32,000 nucleotides of DNA from Copranaerobaculum intestinale (GCF_009831105.1 NZ_WUUQ01000002.1:210001-242000), one strand, 5' to 3'. Positions 7,650-16,632 are shown, counted from the stretch's first letter. The notes: generated by a model not told the origin, from the letters alone. Translations and numbers: made by a program.

Positions 7650-9278
7650 ATGAAAGCAATGAAAAAATTATGTCTGTTTGCTGTATCCGCATTGATGATG
7701 GCAACAGCTTTGACCGGCTGCGGCAGTGATTCAAAAGATTCCAGCAAACCGAAAACCGCTATGACAGTTGCAATCGGTGGTGACGTTAAAGATCTGGATC
7801 CGGCAAAAGCAAGTGACTCTATTTCTAATAACGTCCTCGTAGAAATGTATGAAGGATTATTCGAATATGATAAGAACGGTAATCTGAAGAATCAGCTGTG
7901 TGATTCCTACACAGTATCTGATGATGGATTGGTATACACGTTTAAACTGAAAGACGCAAAATGGAGTGATGGCAAGGCCATTACCGCCGGCGACTTTGAA
8001 TATGGTATCAAGCGTAGTGCAACCTACGGCGCTGATGCTTATTATGGACACTTTATCTACGATAGTGTTGTAGGTGCTTATGACTTATTCAAGGCGAATG
8101 CAAGTGTAGCTGATGCATCCAACATGGGGGTTAAGGCACTGGACGATAAAACCTTGGAAATTCGTTTAACTGCTCGTACTCCTTATTTCTTGAACGTACT
8201 TACAAGCGGTGTATTCTATCCAGCTCGTGAAGATTACGCAAAAGAAAAAGAATCCACTTGGGCTAACAAAAAAGGTTACCCGACAAATGGTCCTTTCGTA
8301 CTGGATTACTACAGTGCCAAGGATAAGGTTGTCCTGAAGAAAAACAAAAACTACCGTCAGGCAAAGAAAGTCAACCTGAAAGAGCTGACCTTCAAGGTTA
8401 TGTCTGATCAGCAGGCTCAGCTGTCCGCGTTCAAGACGGGTGAAGTTGATCTGGCTACTTCTGTTCCAAGTGATGTAGCAACCGATGATGCTTACAAAAA
8501 CACCCTGTTTACTATCGATCCATTTGTAATTAACTATTTTGTTACGGTAAATGCTACTGGCTCTAATGAAGCTCTGCATGATGTTCGTGTACGTAAAGCA
8601 CTGATGAAGAGTGTTGACCGTAAGTCCATTCTGAAAGTCTTAAACGGCGGCAAGCTGCAGTATGAACTGTTCGGCTTTATTCCAAAGGGTATTCCTGATA
8701 CAAAAGGCGACTTCCGTACCAATGCCGATAAAGAAGATAAATATGCGGCAGAGGATTTAGAAGAAGCTAAGAAGCTGTTGAAAGAAGCAGGCTACGATAC
8801 AAAGAACCCGCTGAAACTGACTTACAAGTATAACGCAAACCAGATGCATACAGACGTTGCTCAGGTATTGAAAGAAAACTGGAAAAAGATCGGTGTCGAA
8901 GTAGAACTTCAGACGAATGAGACTCAGGCTTTCTTTGATGCACGTGACAACGGCGACTTCGAGCTTGCTCGTCATGCGATGAGTGCTGACTACATGGATC
9001 CTACTGCATATCTCGATATGTATAAATCCATCGCTCAGAAAACGGCAGTCGTAAATGATGCTGATTATGATGCATTGTTGGCACAGGCCAACGAAGAAGC
9101 CGATCCGGCAAAACGTATGGAAATCCTGCATGCTGCTGAAAAGCTGTTAGTAGCTGATCAGGCTTATGTCATTCCATTGTTCGGATACAGTGATCCAATG
9201 CTGCTGCAGGAAGGTATCTCCGGTATCGAAAGCAATCCAGCTGGTCACTATGTATTGGCATTTGTTAAAGTGAAATAA
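7650..9278 (+). CDS. Family-5 peptide-binding lipoprotein (OppA/DppA type)
   Basis: 542 aa. The signal peptide carries the lipobox LTGC followed by GSDSKDS. The size and motifs fit solute-binding protein family 5. An alternative start at 7659 (MKKLCLF) has better RBS spacing. Confidence 0.88.
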   Translation: MKAMKKLCLFAVSALMMATALTGCGSDSKDSSKPKTAMTVAIGGDVKDLDPAKASDSISNNVLVEMYEGLFEYDKNGNLKNQLCDSYTVSDDGLVYTFKLKDAKWSDGKAITAGDFEYGIKRSATYGADAYYGHFIYDSVVGAYDLFKANASVADASNMGVKALDDKTLEIRLTARTPYFLNVLTSGVFYPAREDYAKEKESTWANKKGYPTNGPFVLDYYSAKDKVVLKKNKNYRQAKKVNLKELTFKVMSDQQAQLSAFKTGEVDLATSVPSDVATDDAYKNTLFTIDPFVINYFVTVNATGSNEALHDVRVRKALMKSVDRKSILKVLNGGKLQYELFGFIPKGIPDTKGDFRTNADKEDKYAAEDLEEAKKLLKEAGYDTKNPLKLTYKYNANQMHTDVAQVLKENWKKIGVEVELQTNETQAFFDARDNGDFELARHAMSADYMDPTAYLDMYKSIAQKTAVVNDADYDALLAQANEEADPAKRMEILHAAEKLLVADQAYVIPLFGYSDPMLLQEGISGIESNPAGHYVLAFVKVK

Positions 9279-9310
9279 AACCGGCTATACAGACCGCGTA
9301 AAAACCAGAA

Positions 9311-9348
9311 AGGTGTCCGGGACTTGACTTCCAGACACCTTCTGTTTT
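9311..9348 (+). terminator. Intra-locus hairpin (terminator or attenuator) after the binding-protein gene
   Basis: The stem AGGTGTC (9311-9317) pairs with GACACCT (9334-9340), with extra GG/CC pairs. The sequence tctgtttt follows. Confidence 0.6.
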
Positions 9349-9364
9349 GAAAGGAAAGATGATT

Positions 9365-10552
9365 ATGGAACTAAACAGAGAAAAACTTCCGATTATTTAT
9401 GACACACTGGCAAAACAGAATATTGATGCGTGGCTGATCTGCGGAAGAGAAACGGCCATGAACAGTGAGCCGGTGCTGCCGGTGCTGGGAGATCTGGACT
9501 TCATCATTGCCACCTGTCTGATCTTTACCAAGACCAAATGTATTGCGATTGTATCGCCGCTCGATGTGGAGGGCTACAAGCTGATTGATGGTATTGATGA
9601 AGTACGCTGTTATCAGGGAAGCTTTGACGATGAAATTGCCGCTGTGTTAAAGGACTTGGCACCGAAGCGGCTGGCTTTGAATTTTGCCAAAAATGATTCT
9701 GCCAGCGATGGTTTACGGACCGGTATGAAAATGATGCTTGACCGTATTTTTGAAGAAATTCATTTTCATGGGGAAATTGTCAGTGCCTATGACATCATTG
9801 CCAATGTAAGAGGACGTAAGACCGAAGCGCAGCTGGAAAAGATTCGCCACTGTGCTGAAGTAGCGGTGGGTCAGCTGCTGAGCGTTCCGTCGATACTGAA
9901 GGCTGATTCTACTTCCAAGGATATCTTTGATTATCTGCATAAGCTTGCTTATGATGCAGGATATGGCATGTCCTGGACGCCGTCGCAGTGCCCGGGGGTC
10001 AGTGTTGATCCGGCGGTTCCGGCCGGCCATATGGGAATTGTCGATACCCCGATCGTTAAGGGATGTATGATCAATATAGATTATGGAGTATCCAAGGATG
10101 GTTATGTCAGTGATGTTCAGCGTGAGTTCTATGTGCTGAAGGATGATGAGAACGAAGCGCCGGATGAGGTCAAGAAGGCTTTTGAAACAATTAAAAAGGC
10201 GATCCGCATGGCAAAGGATTTCATGAAGCCGGGAGTGACCGGCTTTGAAGTGGATCAGGTTGCACGTGAATATATCATGAGTGAAGGCTATGAATCCTGG
10301 AATTCCGCATTGGGTCACCAGGTTGGTCATGTATGTCACGATGGAGGACCGATTCTAGCTAACCGCAGAGCCCGTTATAACCGTCCGGAGCTGATCGATA
10401 CCCCGCTTTGTGCTGGCAATGTATTTACACTGGAGCCGGTAATAGAAATACCGCAGGGACGTGTTTGTATGGAAGAAATGGTCGTTATTACGGAAACCGG
10501 CTGTGAATGGCTGGTAGCTCCGCAGGACGAATTAATTTTGGTGAGGGTGTAA
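9365..10552 (+). CDS. M24 family metallopeptidase, paralog 2
   Basis: The ORF track begins at a TTG at 9347. The ATG at 9365 has AAGGAA 8 nt upstream, and 9359 is also possible. It is collinear with paralog 1 (NIDYG..SDVQR, GHQVG, TLEP, MEEMV; both end in ELIL[IV]R). Confidence 0.85.
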   Translation: MELNREKLPIIYDTLAKQNIDAWLICGRETAMNSEPVLPVLGDLDFIIATCLIFTKTKCIAIVSPLDVEGYKLIDGIDEVRCYQGSFDDEIAAVLKDLAPKRLALNFAKNDSASDGLRTGMKMMLDRIFEEIHFHGEIVSAYDIIANVRGRKTEAQLEKIRHCAEVAVGQLLSVPSILKADSTSKDIFDYLHKLAYDAGYGMSWTPSQCPGVSVDPAVPAGHMGIVDTPIVKGCMINIDYGVSKDGYVSDVQREFYVLKDDENEAPDEVKKAFETIKKAIRMAKDFMKPGVTGFEVDQVAREYIMSEGYESWNSALGHQVGHVCHDGGPILANRRARYNRPELIDTPLCAGNVFTLEPVIEIPQGRVCMEEMVVITETGCEWLVAPQDELILVRV

Positions 10553-10554
10553 CG

Positions 10555-11988
10555 ATGAGGGTATTGGATGAAAGCAAGGCATACTGCCGTTATTTAGAGG
10601 ATATCAGTAGGATCCCGCATGGTTCTAAAGATGAAAAAGCATTAAGTGACTGGATTGTTGCGTTTGCGCGCGCGCGGGGCTTGTCCTGGTATCAGGACGA
10701 CTGGCATAATGTAATTGTATATAAGCCGGCAGCAGCAGGATATGAAGATCATGCACCGCTGATGCTGCAGGCACATATCGATATGGTATGTGAAAAAAAT
10801 CAGGATGTTGCGTTCAATTTTGAAAAGGATGCCCTGAAATTAAAAATTGAAGACGGCTTTCTGAAAGCTGAAGGAACAACCTTAGGAGCAGATGATGGGG
10901 CAGGGGTTGCCTATATGATGGCTATTTTAGATGATGCGGCAGCGAAGCATCCTGCTTTGGAATGCGTGTTTACCACCCAGGAAGAAATCGGTCTGTACGG
11001 GGCTTCAGGACTGGATAAATCTAAATTAAGCGCTCATCGCTTAATCAATTTAGATGGCGGCGGAGAGATTCAGACGCTGATATCTGCAGCCGGTGGTCTC
11101 AGCTGCTGCCTGCAAGCCGCGCCAAAACTTGAAAAGTCTGAGGGAAACGCTTATCAGATATCAGTGAGCGGCTGTAAGGGCGGTCATTCCGGTGGTGAAA
11201 TTGATAAAGAACGGGTCAATGCCAATAAACTGCTGGCACGGATACTTCATGAATTGATGAAAAGCTTTGATGTTCAGCTGGCTTCTTTCAGCGGTGGACT
11301 AAAAGAGAATGCAATTCCAAGAGAAGCGCAAAGCGTAGTATTTTTAAATGCATCATTGTCTGCTGTTGAGGAAAAACTGAAACCGTTAATTCAAGCTTTG
11401 AAACAGGAAAATGAGGCGGCGGATGCTGATCTGACGATTGCGGCACAAGCAATTCAAGCTCCGCTCCAAAGCTATACCAAGGCTCAGACTAAGAATATTA
11501 TACAAATGATGTTTTTGATGCCCAACGGTATGGTTCATCGCAATTTGGATTTGGATCAGCTAGTTGATGCATCCTTAAATATGGGGGTCGTACGCATAGA
11601 TGAACACCAATGCAATCTGGAGATTTCCTTGCGTTCGGCTACCGATTCCATGCTGGATATGCTTGGCGATCAGGTTCGTGAAACCGCTGAAATCTTCGGA
11701 TTTACGGCAGCCTTCAGCGCCCGCTATCCCGGCTGGGCGTTTGAGAAAACATCAGTACTGCGCGATCAATTAAAGACGGTCTTTAAAAATATGTACGGAA
11801 AAGAGCTAAAACTGGAAGCCGTTCACGGCGGTTGTGAATGTGGAATCTTTCGGGCAATGTATGATGATATGGATATTGTCACGATCGGTCCGATTACCAA
11901 GGATATTCATACCCCGCAGGAAGCGATGGATCTGGCCAGCTTTGATCGTACGTACGACCTTTTGACTGCCTTTCTTGAGGCTTTGTAA
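10555..11988 (+). CDS. pepD: Aminoacyl-histidine (Xaa-His) dipeptidase, M20 family PepD
   Basis: The start is trimmed to the ATG at 10555, 2 nt after the preceding stop. The motifs ISRIPHGS, LQAHIDMV, GTTLGADDGAGVA and TTQEEIGLYGA match PepD signatures. About 477 aa. Confidence 0.88.
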   Translation: MRVLDESKAYCRYLEDISRIPHGSKDEKALSDWIVAFARARGLSWYQDDWHNVIVYKPAAAGYEDHAPLMLQAHIDMVCEKNQDVAFNFEKDALKLKIEDGFLKAEGTTLGADDGAGVAYMMAILDDAAAKHPALECVFTTQEEIGLYGASGLDKSKLSAHRLINLDGGGEIQTLISAAGGLSCCLQAAPKLEKSEGNAYQISVSGCKGGHSGGEIDKERVNANKLLARILHELMKSFDVQLASFSGGLKENAIPREAQSVVFLNASLSAVEEKLKPLIQALKQENEAADADLTIAAQAIQAPLQSYTKAQTKNIIQMMFLMPNGMVHRNLDLDQLVDASLNMGVVRIDEHQCNLEISLRSATDSMLDMLGDQVRETAEIFGFTAAFSARYPGWAFEKTSVLRDQLKTVFKNMYGKELKLEAVHGGCECGIFRAMYDDMDIVTIGPITKDIHTPQEAMDLASFDRTYDLLTAFLEAL

Positions 11989-11990
11989 TC

Positions 11991-13190
11991 ATGCTGCAGA
12001 CGGTTACGCGTAAACAGATGGCATTATTCTTTGCGGCCGTAGCGCTGCAAAGCCTTGCGGCAAATTTCGCTCATCCGATTACGCCGACCATCATTCAGGA
12101 TCTAGGGCTGCCTGATTATATGTTCGGGCTGGCATTTGCGGGGATGTCTTTTACGTGTTTTCTATTTTCACCTTTTTGGGGAAAGATCAGCACCTTTTTA
12201 TCCAGCCGCGCCGTACTGCTGATCAGTAATTTGGGGTATGCGGCAGGGCAATGGCTGTTTGCGGTTTCCACGACTGTAGAAACTATTTTAGCGGCTCGCC
12301 TGATTGCCGGTTTCTTTGTCGGCGGGGTGAGCGTCTGCGTACTGACGTATGTTATCAACTGCTCGCCGGTGGGAACACGCGCGAAGGATCTGACGATCGT
12401 GGCTACGCTGACAACGGTGTTTGCGGCATTCGGCTATATGGTTGGAGGGGTGCTAGGAGCGTATTCGATTCCTTTCACTTTTGCCTTACAGGTTGTACTG
12501 CTGTGTGTGTCAGGCGGCTGCTTTTACATCTGGATGAAAAATGATCAGCTCGATGAGAGACGGCCGACTAAGCGGGAACTGCTGAAAGAAGCCAATCCAT
12601 TTATTTCCTTTTTGGAGGTCCGCGATCTTTTATGCAAGATCTTTGTGATTCTTTTTGTCGTAGTGCTTCTCTCCAGTATTGCATCCACCGCATATGACCA
12701 ATGCTTTAATTATTTCATCAAGGATCAGTTCCATTTCTCCAGCGCCTACAATGGTCTGCTGCGGGCAATCGTTGGATTCATCTCTTTAGCAGCCAATGCG
12801 ACAATCTGTATGTGGATCATTCGTAACCGCGATGTCAAGCATTCGCTGATCTGGATTTTTGCGGCCGGCGCAGTAACACTGGGGGCGATGATTTTGGTGG
12901 AGGATGTGATTCTGTTTATCATAATCAATTTGATTTTCTTCGCGATCAATGCAATTTACATACCGCTGTTACAGGATGTTGTCGCAAAAAGCGCAACTCA
13001 TGAAAACAGCGGTGTGTTGATGGGCTTCTATAATGCGATCAAATCGCTGGGGATGATCTTCGGATCATTATTTGCAGGATTTATTTATGTATACGGGGCA
13101 AAGCTGTCCTTTCTGTATGCAGGAATCTTTTTTGCAATTTCGGCATTTCTGATGGTGTGGTACTGTCGCCACTTTAAGACAGAGAAATGA
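11991..13190 (+). CDS. MFS transporter
   Basis: 399 aa with about 12 hydrophobic segments. It starts 2 nt after the pepD stop. The substrate cannot be inferred. Confidence 0.8.
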   Translation: MLQTVTRKQMALFFAAVALQSLAANFAHPITPTIIQDLGLPDYMFGLAFAGMSFTCFLFSPFWGKISTFLSSRAVLLISNLGYAAGQWLFAVSTTVETILAARLIAGFFVGGVSVCVLTYVINCSPVGTRAKDLTIVATLTTVFAAFGYMVGGVLGAYSIPFTFALQVVLLCVSGGCFYIWMKNDQLDERRPTKRELLKEANPFISFLEVRDLLCKIFVILFVVVLLSSIASTAYDQCFNYFIKDQFHFSSAYNGLLRAIVGFISLAANATICMWIIRNRDVKHSLIWIFAAGAVTLGAMILVEDVILFIIINLIFFAINAIYIPLLQDVVAKSATHENSGVLMGFYNAIKSLGMIFGSLFAGFIYVYGAKLSFLYAGIFFAISAFLMVWYCRHFKTEK

Positions 13191-14434
13191 GGTGCTATAT
13201 GGTAGAAGTAAAGACATTGAAAGAACAGATGCAGGTGATTGACAGCTTGTTTGAAAAGCGGCTGGATACATTGATCGAGCCGATGATGGAAGAATGCGGA
13301 CTGGATATGTGGATCATTCCGGCAAAGGAATATAATGAAGATCCGCTTTTGAAATTTCTGACGCCTTCCGGCTTTCCTACGGCGAGAAGACTGACGATTC
13401 TGGTTTTTGCGAAAGGTCCTGACGGAGTTAAGCGCTATTGTGTAAACCGCCATTATCCGGAGCTGGATAAATATTATGAAAATCGTTGGAACGATGAATC
13501 AAAAACGCAGTGGGAAGCGCTGAGTGAACTGATTGAGGAATACGACCCAGAAACCATCGGTTTAAATTTCTCGGAGCATTTCGCGTATTGCGATGGTTTA
13601 ACCAAAGGTATTTACGATGAGATGGTGGAGCATCTAAGTCAGGATATTGTCGATCGTTTCACCTCTGCGGAAATGATGGGGATTCGCTTTTTGGAAACCA
13701 GAAGTGAGGAAGAATGTGATCTCTATCCGGAGGTAATGCAGCTGGCGATCGATATCATCAGTGAAGCCTTCAGCCGTCAAGTCATTACTCCGGGAGTTAC
13801 CACGACCAGTGATGTAGAATGGTGGATGATGCAGCGGGTCAATCGACTGGGCCTGCCGTTTTGGTTTCCGCCGACAATCGATCTGCAGCGTAAGGGCGTC
13901 GGTATGATGTTTGATACGGTTATTCAGCCCGGAGATCTTCTGCACTGTGATTTTGGTATCACGTACTATAATCTATGCACGGATACCCAGCGTTTGGCCT
14001 ATGTGCTGAAACCTGGAGAAACTGAGCTGCCGCAGGATTTAAAGGATGCCTTCAAGGAAGGTAATAAATTTCAGGACATCGTTCGTTCTAATTACCAAAT
14101 TGGCAGAACTGGCAACGAAGTATTCACCCGCTCAATCCTGGAAGCCAAAGAACAGGGCATTCGCCCAATGCTATATACGCATCCATGCGGTTTTCACGGT
14201 CATGCGGCCGGTCCTACCATCGGTCTGTATAACGAACAGCGTGCGATTCCCGTACAAGGTGATCTGAAGCTTCATGATCGCACGGCCTATGCTTTGGAAT
14301 TAAATATCAAAAAAGAATTGGCCTGCTGGGATCACCAGGATGTTTCTATTTTCTTAGAGGAAACGGTATTGTATCGTGATGGAACCGTTTCGTTTCTGAA
14401 CAATGGCCGAGATCAGATTTATCTGATAAAATAA
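13187..14434 (+). CDS. M24 family metallopeptidase, paralog 3 (more divergent)
   Basis: An ATGA overlap joins it to the MFS gene, with an alternative start at 13199. The N-domain motif LDMWIIPAKEYNEDP parallels IDMWIVAGQESATNSEP of paralog 1. Putative ligands are HCDFG..TDTQR, HGHAAG, ALELN and LEETV. Confidence 0.8.
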   Translation: MRCYMVEVKTLKEQMQVIDSLFEKRLDTLIEPMMEECGLDMWIIPAKEYNEDPLLKFLTPSGFPTARRLTILVFAKGPDGVKRYCVNRHYPELDKYYENRWNDESKTQWEALSELIEEYDPETIGLNFSEHFAYCDGLTKGIYDEMVEHLSQDIVDRFTSAEMMGIRFLETRSEEECDLYPEVMQLAIDIISEAFSRQVITPGVTTTSDVEWWMMQRVNRLGLPFWFPPTIDLQRKGVGMMFDTVIQPGDLLHCDFGITYYNLCTDTQRLAYVLKPGETELPQDLKDAFKEGNKFQDIVRSNYQIGRTGNEVFTRSILEAKEQGIRPMLYTHPCGFHGHAAGPTIGLYNEQRAIPVQGDLKLHDRTAYALELNIKKELACWDHQDVSIFLEETVLYRDGTVSFLNNGRDQIYLIK

Positions 14435-14450
14435 GAGGGAGGTGAGGTAT

Positions 14451-15020
14451 ATGAAAAAAGGAATGATTTTGGTACTGACCGGAGCGAGCTCAGTAGGCAA
14501 AAATCTGATTCGTGACGAGCTCATGAAGGATGAGGAAATGAATTTGTTTTACTCGATTTCGGTTACAACACGTCCTAAAAAAGAAGATGAAATTGATGGC
14601 AAGGATTATTACTTTGTCAGTTATGAAACCTTCGCCAGTGCCGTCCGCAATCGTGAACTGTTGGAGTATACGGAGTTTGGCGGGTATTATTACGGAACCC
14701 CGTGCCAGCAGGTTGATTTTTTGATCAATCAGGGAAAAAATGTCCTGATTGAAGTTGAGGCTCAAGGAGTGGGACAGATCAAGCTGAAGCACCCGGATGC
14801 TTTATGTGTGTTTGTTATCCCGGAAAACATGGATGAATTGGAAAAACAGATCCGTCTGCGTTACAAGGATGATGAGACGACGATTCAGCAGCGCCTGAAT
14901 AAAGCAAAGATGGAAATGGAGCTGCAGCCGCTGTTTAATAATGTAGTTACCAATACTGATGCTGCCGCAAGTGCTGCCACAATTAAAAAAGCCTTTCTGG
15001 ATGAATGGAAGAAAGGATAA
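14451..15020 (+). CDS. Guanylate kinase-like protein (divergent Gmk paralog)
   Basis: The ATG at 14451 follows GAGGGAGGTGAGG. It aligns along its full length with the Gmk pattern (SISVTTR..DG.DY.FV, Y.G.YYGT, EVE.QG), but the P-loop and GMP-site motifs are altered (see findings). Confidence 0.75.
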   Translation: MKKGMILVLTGASSVGKNLIRDELMKDEEMNLFYSISVTTRPKKEDEIDGKDYYFVSYETFASAVRNRELLEYTEFGGYYYGTPCQQVDFLINQGKNVLIEVEAQGVGQIKLKHPDALCVFVIPENMDELEKQIRLRYKDDETTIQQRLNKAKMEMELQPLFNNVVTNTDAAASAATIKKAFLDEWKKG

Positions 15021-15024
15021 CGGA

Positions 15025-15050
15025 AGCAGGAAAAAATCCTGCTTTTTCTT
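15025..15050 (+). terminator. Rho-independent terminator ending the peptide locus
   Basis: The stem AGCAGGA (15025-15031) pairs with TCCTGCT (15037-15043) around an A5 loop. A T5 run follows. Confidence 0.85.
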
Positions 15051-15158
15051 AGTCTTATAAGCGAAATGATAAATATAGATTATAAGCTTTTTAATAACGA
15101 TTTGTTTTCTGAATCATCCTGAAGAAAAAGCTTAAAAAGACCATAAACAGGGATTCTA

Positions 15159-15175
15159 TGTATGCTATAATACAA
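15159..15175 (+). promoter_or_regulatory. Extended -10 promoter of the tandem GntR gene with an overlapping inverted repeat
   Basis: TGcTATAAT lies at 15163-15171. TGTAT (15159-15163) and ATACA (15170-15174) bracket the -10. The RBS AAAGGAGGG precedes the ATG at 15193. Confidence 0.5.
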
Positions 15176-15192
15176 AAAAAGGAGGGATCGCC

Positions 15193-16632
15193 ATGAGTAC
15201 TATTATGCCGCTGTATGAGATTGTCTATCATGAGATTGTAACTGAAATCTATGTCGGCGGCTTGACTTTTGGTGATTATCTGCCTAACCTGAAGCGGCTT
15301 GAGGAGCAATATCAGGTCGGACGCAATACCATGCGCCGTTCACTGCAGCTGCTGATTGAAAACGGTTTTATCCAAATGACGAAAGAGAAGCGCTATCAGG
15401 TTATTTTTGATATGAATAACCCTCAGTATCTGGAACGCTATTACTATGAAATGGCTCAGCGCCGTGATGCGATGCAGGATGTTTTCTATAATCTGATTCT
15501 GCTAATGCCAAAGCTTGCTGAATTCAGTATACGAAACGGCGGAGCAGAGGGAAAGCGGGAGATCATTGACTCCTTGGATCGGGTAAATACTGTTGATTTT
15601 ACCAATGGATTGGAATGTTTTGCGGTATTGAACCGCATATATCAGAATGCATTGGGAAAGGCGAAGAATCCCCTGGTGCTCAGTTTGTTTGAAGCACTGT
15701 TTTACTTTATCCGAATTCCCTATGAAAAAGGCAGAAAAGGCAGCTATGTGATGAAAATGGTGGCGCCGATCATCCATATGTATCTGCGCCGATTTAAACA
15801 GGCGCTGCTTCAGGACGATTATTTGTTTCTCAGTGATCAGATTATTCATTTCTGCAATCTGTTAAATAAGACGGTATCCCGCCATATTGATGAATTTGAA
15901 ATGAATATTCCTCCCGATCAGCAATATGCTTTTGTGTGGCATCCGATGCAACAGCGGGAATATAGTTATGAACTGCTGATTGCAGCGATTTTACGAAGGG
16001 TAGGAACCTTTTATGAATTTGGACAGGAGCTTCCATCCTATCAAGAACTGGCGGATATATATTCGGTTTCTTTGAAAACATCGCGTAAAGCAATCGCAGT
16101 TCTGTCACAGATGGGCATTGTTCATACTGCCAATGGCCGCAAAGCGGTTTTAGCGGATCATTTTGAAAAAGTGGAGTCGATGCTTACATACGATGACACA
16201 CTCCGCAATAAAATTATCAATTTTTTCGATGCGCTGCACTTGCTGTATATCACTTCAGAGCCTCCGGCCGCTGCCGCTATGAAAGAATTGGAAAACAGAA
16301 ATGCTGTCTTTGTCATTCATCCTCAGCATCCCTATGTGCCATATCTCATTGCTGATGTGTTTGATTTTATTTATGGATTAATTCCATCTCCAGCCTTTCA
16401 AAATATTTATCAGGAATTGAAAGTGCTGCTGTCTTGGGGTTCTTTGCTTGACATGGTTCAGCGGTCAAGGAAATCTGTGCTGAAGCAGAGCGCAGAAAGC
16501 GTTGTTGATGCCATTCATAAAAATCCTGCACTTGTGAGCAATGCCTTTCAAAAGCTTCTGAGCGATGTGTATCATGAATTGGAGGCATGTGCAAAGGTGT
16601 ATGAGATTAACGTACCGCATAAAATTGTATAA
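15193..16632 (+). CDS. Tandem (duplicated) GntR-family transcriptional regulator
   Basis: 479 aa. There are two GntR-type wHTH signatures: LPNLKRLEEQYQVGRNTMRRSLQLLIENGFI (aa 30-60) and LPSYQELADIYSVSLKTSRKAIAVLSQMGIV (aa 280-310). Each is followed by about 160-180 aa that look helical. Confidence 0.75.
   Translation: MSTIMPLYEIVYHEIVTEIYVGGLTFGDYLPNLKRLEEQYQVGRNTMRRSLQLLIENGFIQMTKEKRYQVIFDMNNPQYLERYYYEMAQRRDAMQDVFYNLILLMPKLAEFSIRNGGAEGKREIIDSLDRVNTVDFTNGLECFAVLNRIYQNALGKAKNPLVLSLFEALFYFIRIPYEKGRKGSYVMKMVAPIIHMYLRRFKQALLQDDYLFLSDQIIHFCNLLNKTVSRHIDEFEMNIPPDQQYAFVWHPMQQREYSYELLIAAILRRVGTFYEFGQELPSYQELADIYSVSLKTSRKAIAVLSQMGIVHTANGRKAVLADHFEKVESMLTYDDTLRNKIINFFDALHLLYITSEPPAAAAMKELENRNAVFVIHPQHPYVPYLIADVFDFIYGLIPSPAFQNIYQELKVLLSWGSLLDMVQRSRKSVLKQSAESVVDAIHKNPALVSNAFQKLLSDVYHELEACAKVYEINVPHKIV

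Noticed and set aside
13187-13201. Possible programmed frameshift or coupling signal at the MFS / M24-3 junction
   Set aside because: This is a plain ATGA stop-start overlap, with an alternative ATG at 13199 behind GAGGTG. That is ordinary translational coupling, with no slippery heptamer.
15055-15087. The direct repeat TTATAAGC (15055-15062 and 15080-15087), with a CTTATAAG palindrome, between the terminator and the GntR promoter
   Set aside because: An 8-bp AT-rich repeat in an AT-rich spacer is within chance expectation. It does not resemble the palindromes at the two -10 regions. I kept it only as a note.
15091-15309. A 72-aa minus-strand ORF spanning the GntR promoter and start codon
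   Set aside because: It overlaps the promoter, RBS and 5' end of a well-supported gene. It has no RBS and its composition is implausible.
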